A DNA stretch of 17,688 nt from Oligoflexales bacterium (GTDB taxonomy: Bacteria > Bdellovibrionota_B > Oligoflexia > Oligoflexales > Bog-1112): NCBI GenBank assembly GCA_045106415.1, contig JBGCEP010000055.1, forward strand, positions 1 through 17,688, read 5' to 3'. Within the stretch, counting starts at the first letter, position 1. The number at the start of each line of letters is the position of its first letter. Of the stretch, positions 16,182-17,688 are shown piece after piece. The position numbers and the translations under genes were made by a program. Under the pieces are notes generated by a model that ran no database searches, was not told the origin of the DNA, and saw nothing but the letters and a program-made list of their open reading frames with translations.

Positions 16182-17420
16182 TTAGTTTCCGTAACAAGAA
16201 ATATGAACGCAAGTCCCGTTAATTCTGTTGAAATCAGAGATCATATATTTTTCACCGTCTGAACTTAAAATGAAATTTCCAGTATCACTTTTATGATAAG
16301 AGCCCACAGGAATCATCCATCCTTGATAAAAAAGGTAACCTTCTTCCATAAGTACTTTGATTTCTTCGTGGAGAACGGGAGGTCTTTCATCTTTTGAAGG
16401 GTCATAAGCACGAGGTTGGCTCACGACGCGAAAATGATCTTTTCGCTGAATGGCGTCTTGCAACCACTCCATATTGCGCGAAAATGTCCAGTCTGGGTCT
16501 TTGAGAATATTCGCATTTTTTAGTCTCTGAAGCTCAGGGCTCCATGTTTCTGCTATGTGTCCAAGAATGGTTGTTTGAATATTGTTTTCTGAACGGCTTC
16601 TTGTAATGAAGTTTTGTAAAGAATTAATTTTATAGTCAGTGGATTCGGTGCGGCTTCTGCGTATAAAGTTTTGAGAGGTTCCTGTGTTGTTGAATAAATC
16701 AGATGCAGATTTTTGACGAAAAGAATTTTCAGCTAAATAAGCATTACTAAGTTCTTCATCTGTGTCGATACGAATAACTTTTTGTATATCTGAGTCTTGT
16801 GCTGTGAGAATAATATCTTGCGAGGTTATTTTTTCGATCACTTCAAAATTTTGGATGCTTCGAGGGCTTTCGAGGTTTTGTGTTTTTTCTAAACTTTCGA
16901 CTTTTGTTGCAGCAGATATTTCGTCTTCTTTTAAGGGCTCATTCTTTATATTTATTTTTTGAGATATCTCATCTTTTTTTATGTTTTTTTTCTCTTTAAT
17001 GTTTTGGCGTTGATCATCTGATCTTGTGTAACCGTCATATATGGTGCCTTGGCTGCGAGGTGTCGATTCATTTCGAGTTGTTTTATTGGTCGAGATGTTT
17101 ACTTTGTTCATGAGGTTGAGGGAGGCGTCTTTTGGGATGTAGGCCCAGAAAAGGCTTGAAGAGTAATATTCTCCCGAACTTCTATCTAGTGAATTGACAA
17201 GCCGTATGGGAACTTTCGTATGTGTTTCTAAAGATATGTCGTGTTTAATATTTTCCTCGGAATGAAAGCTTATTCCGGAAATAGTTACGGTTGTTTGTGA
17301 GACTTCTTGTGAAGATTGTGAGTGAGTATGAAATTCCTCACGGGAAGAAGAAATGTCTTCACAGCTAAGCGATAATAAGGTCACAATTGATGACATAAAA
17401 AAAAATAAACGGCTAGACAT
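16182..17420 (-). CDS. Putative lipoprotein with low-complexity linker and C-terminal toxin-like domain
   Basis: RBS GAGGA; hydrophobic leader ending LSLS-C20 (non-canonical lipobox); S/T/E/K-rich middle; compact C-terminal domain TTILG...W...N..WLQDAIQRKD.F.VVS...EIKVL..EGY. Confidence 0.7.
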   Translation of the reverse strand: MSSRLFFFMSSIVTLLSLSCEDISSSREEFHTHSQSSQEVSQTTVTISGISFHSEENIKHDISLETHTKVPIRLVNSLDRSSGEYYSSSLFWAYIPKDASLNLMNKVNISTNKTTRNESTPRSQGTIYDGYTRSDDQRQNIKEKKNIKKDEISQKINIKNEPLKEDEISAATKVESLEKTQNLESPRSIQNFEVIEKITSQDIILTAQDSDIQKVIRIDTDEELSNAYLAENSFRQKSASDLFNNTGTSQNFIRRSRTESTDYKINSLQNFITRSRSENNIQTTILGHIAETWSPELQRLKNANILKDPDWTFSRNMEWLQDAIQRKDHFRVVSQPRAYDPSKDERPPVLHEEIKVLMEEGYLFYQGWMIPVGSYHKSDTGNFILSSDGEKYMISDFNRINGTCVHISCYGN

Positions 17421-17455
17421 AAAATCCTCGAATAGCGTGCTTTACGGCATAATTT

Positions 17456-17483
17456 CTATCGGAAGATATAGTGAAAAATTTTA
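17456..17483 (-). promoter_or_regulatory. Sigma28 (FliA/SigD)-like promoter
   Basis: Minus strand TAAA-N16-TCCGATAG (extended TAAAATTT) versus consensus TAAA(GTTT)-N15/16-GCCGATAA, 35 nt upstream of ATG 17420. Confidence 0.5.
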
Positions 17484-17580
17484 AGAAAATCTTATTGTGA
17501 AAATAACATATTGTTTTTATGGGGATTCAAATGTGTTTTTGGTAAGTGTCTTTTGGCTATGTGAGTTTTTAAAGCGTCAA

Positions 17581-17623
17581 GCCTGCTTCTTTTCTTATGT
17601 TTTTGAAAGAAAATAGAGCAGGC
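17581..17623 (-). terminator. Hairpin downstream of thyA (putative terminator)
   Basis: GCCTGCT (17581-17587) / AGCAGGC (17617-17623) plus inner TTTTCTT / AAGAAAA pairing, 14 nt after the thyA stop. The U tail is weak. Confidence 0.55.
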
Positions 17624-17637
17624 ACGAAGCTGTGATT

Positions 17638-17688
17638 TTACACTGAAATAGGCGCTTTAATGGTTGGGTGAGGGTCATAACCATGGAT
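17638..17688 (-). CDS. thyA: Thymidylate synthase, last 16 codons (rest outside window)
   Basis: Minus strand reads IHGYDPHPTIKAPISV*, matching the conserved ThyA C-terminus GYDPHPxIKAPxAV/I. Confidence 0.85.
   Translation of the reverse strand: MHGYDPHPTIKAPISV

Noticed and set aside
269..16962. Short ORF-track entries (269-520, 1262-1465, 1789-1971, 2636-2818, 5626-5808, 6811-7032, 8014-8205, 10030-10242, 10807-10995, 14376-14714, 15165-15353, 15298-15519, 15372-15557, 15426-15701, 16762-16962)
   Set aside because: They overlap well-supported genes in other frames or strands and show no recognisable motifs, so they are shadow ORFs.
1..17688. CRISPR array, tRNA/rRNA, integron attC array
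   Set aside because: I saw no regularly spaced repeats, cloverleaf or rRNA-like segments. The intergenic hairpins are unrelated to one another in sequence.

Overview
AT-rich bacterial chromosomal segment, probably from a diderm. The left edge holds the 3' end of an IS200/IS605/IS607-superfamily tnpB gene, missed by the ORF track. It overlaps a fully foldable omegaRNA scaffold that ends at a probable right end (...CAGCGG, 222). Next come a convergent O-antigen-ligase-family gene and a peptide ABC operon: oppD-oppF, a substrate-binding protein (SBP), yejB-like and yejE-like permeases and a second divergent SBP, followed by a GPH/MelB-type MFS transporter. The right half has a hybrid peroxiredoxin-glutaredoxin, a stand-alone receiver plus two tandem SDRs, and three unassigned exported proteins on the minus strand. 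These are a signal-peptide protein with an F-box-like motif, a Tyr/Arg-rich beta-helix protein, and a lipoprotein with a C-terminal polymorphic-toxin-like (possibly TIR/NDT-like) domain behind a sigma28-like promoter. The right edge is the last 16 codons of thyA, also missed by the ORF track. All calls come from reading motifs by eye; no database searches were run.
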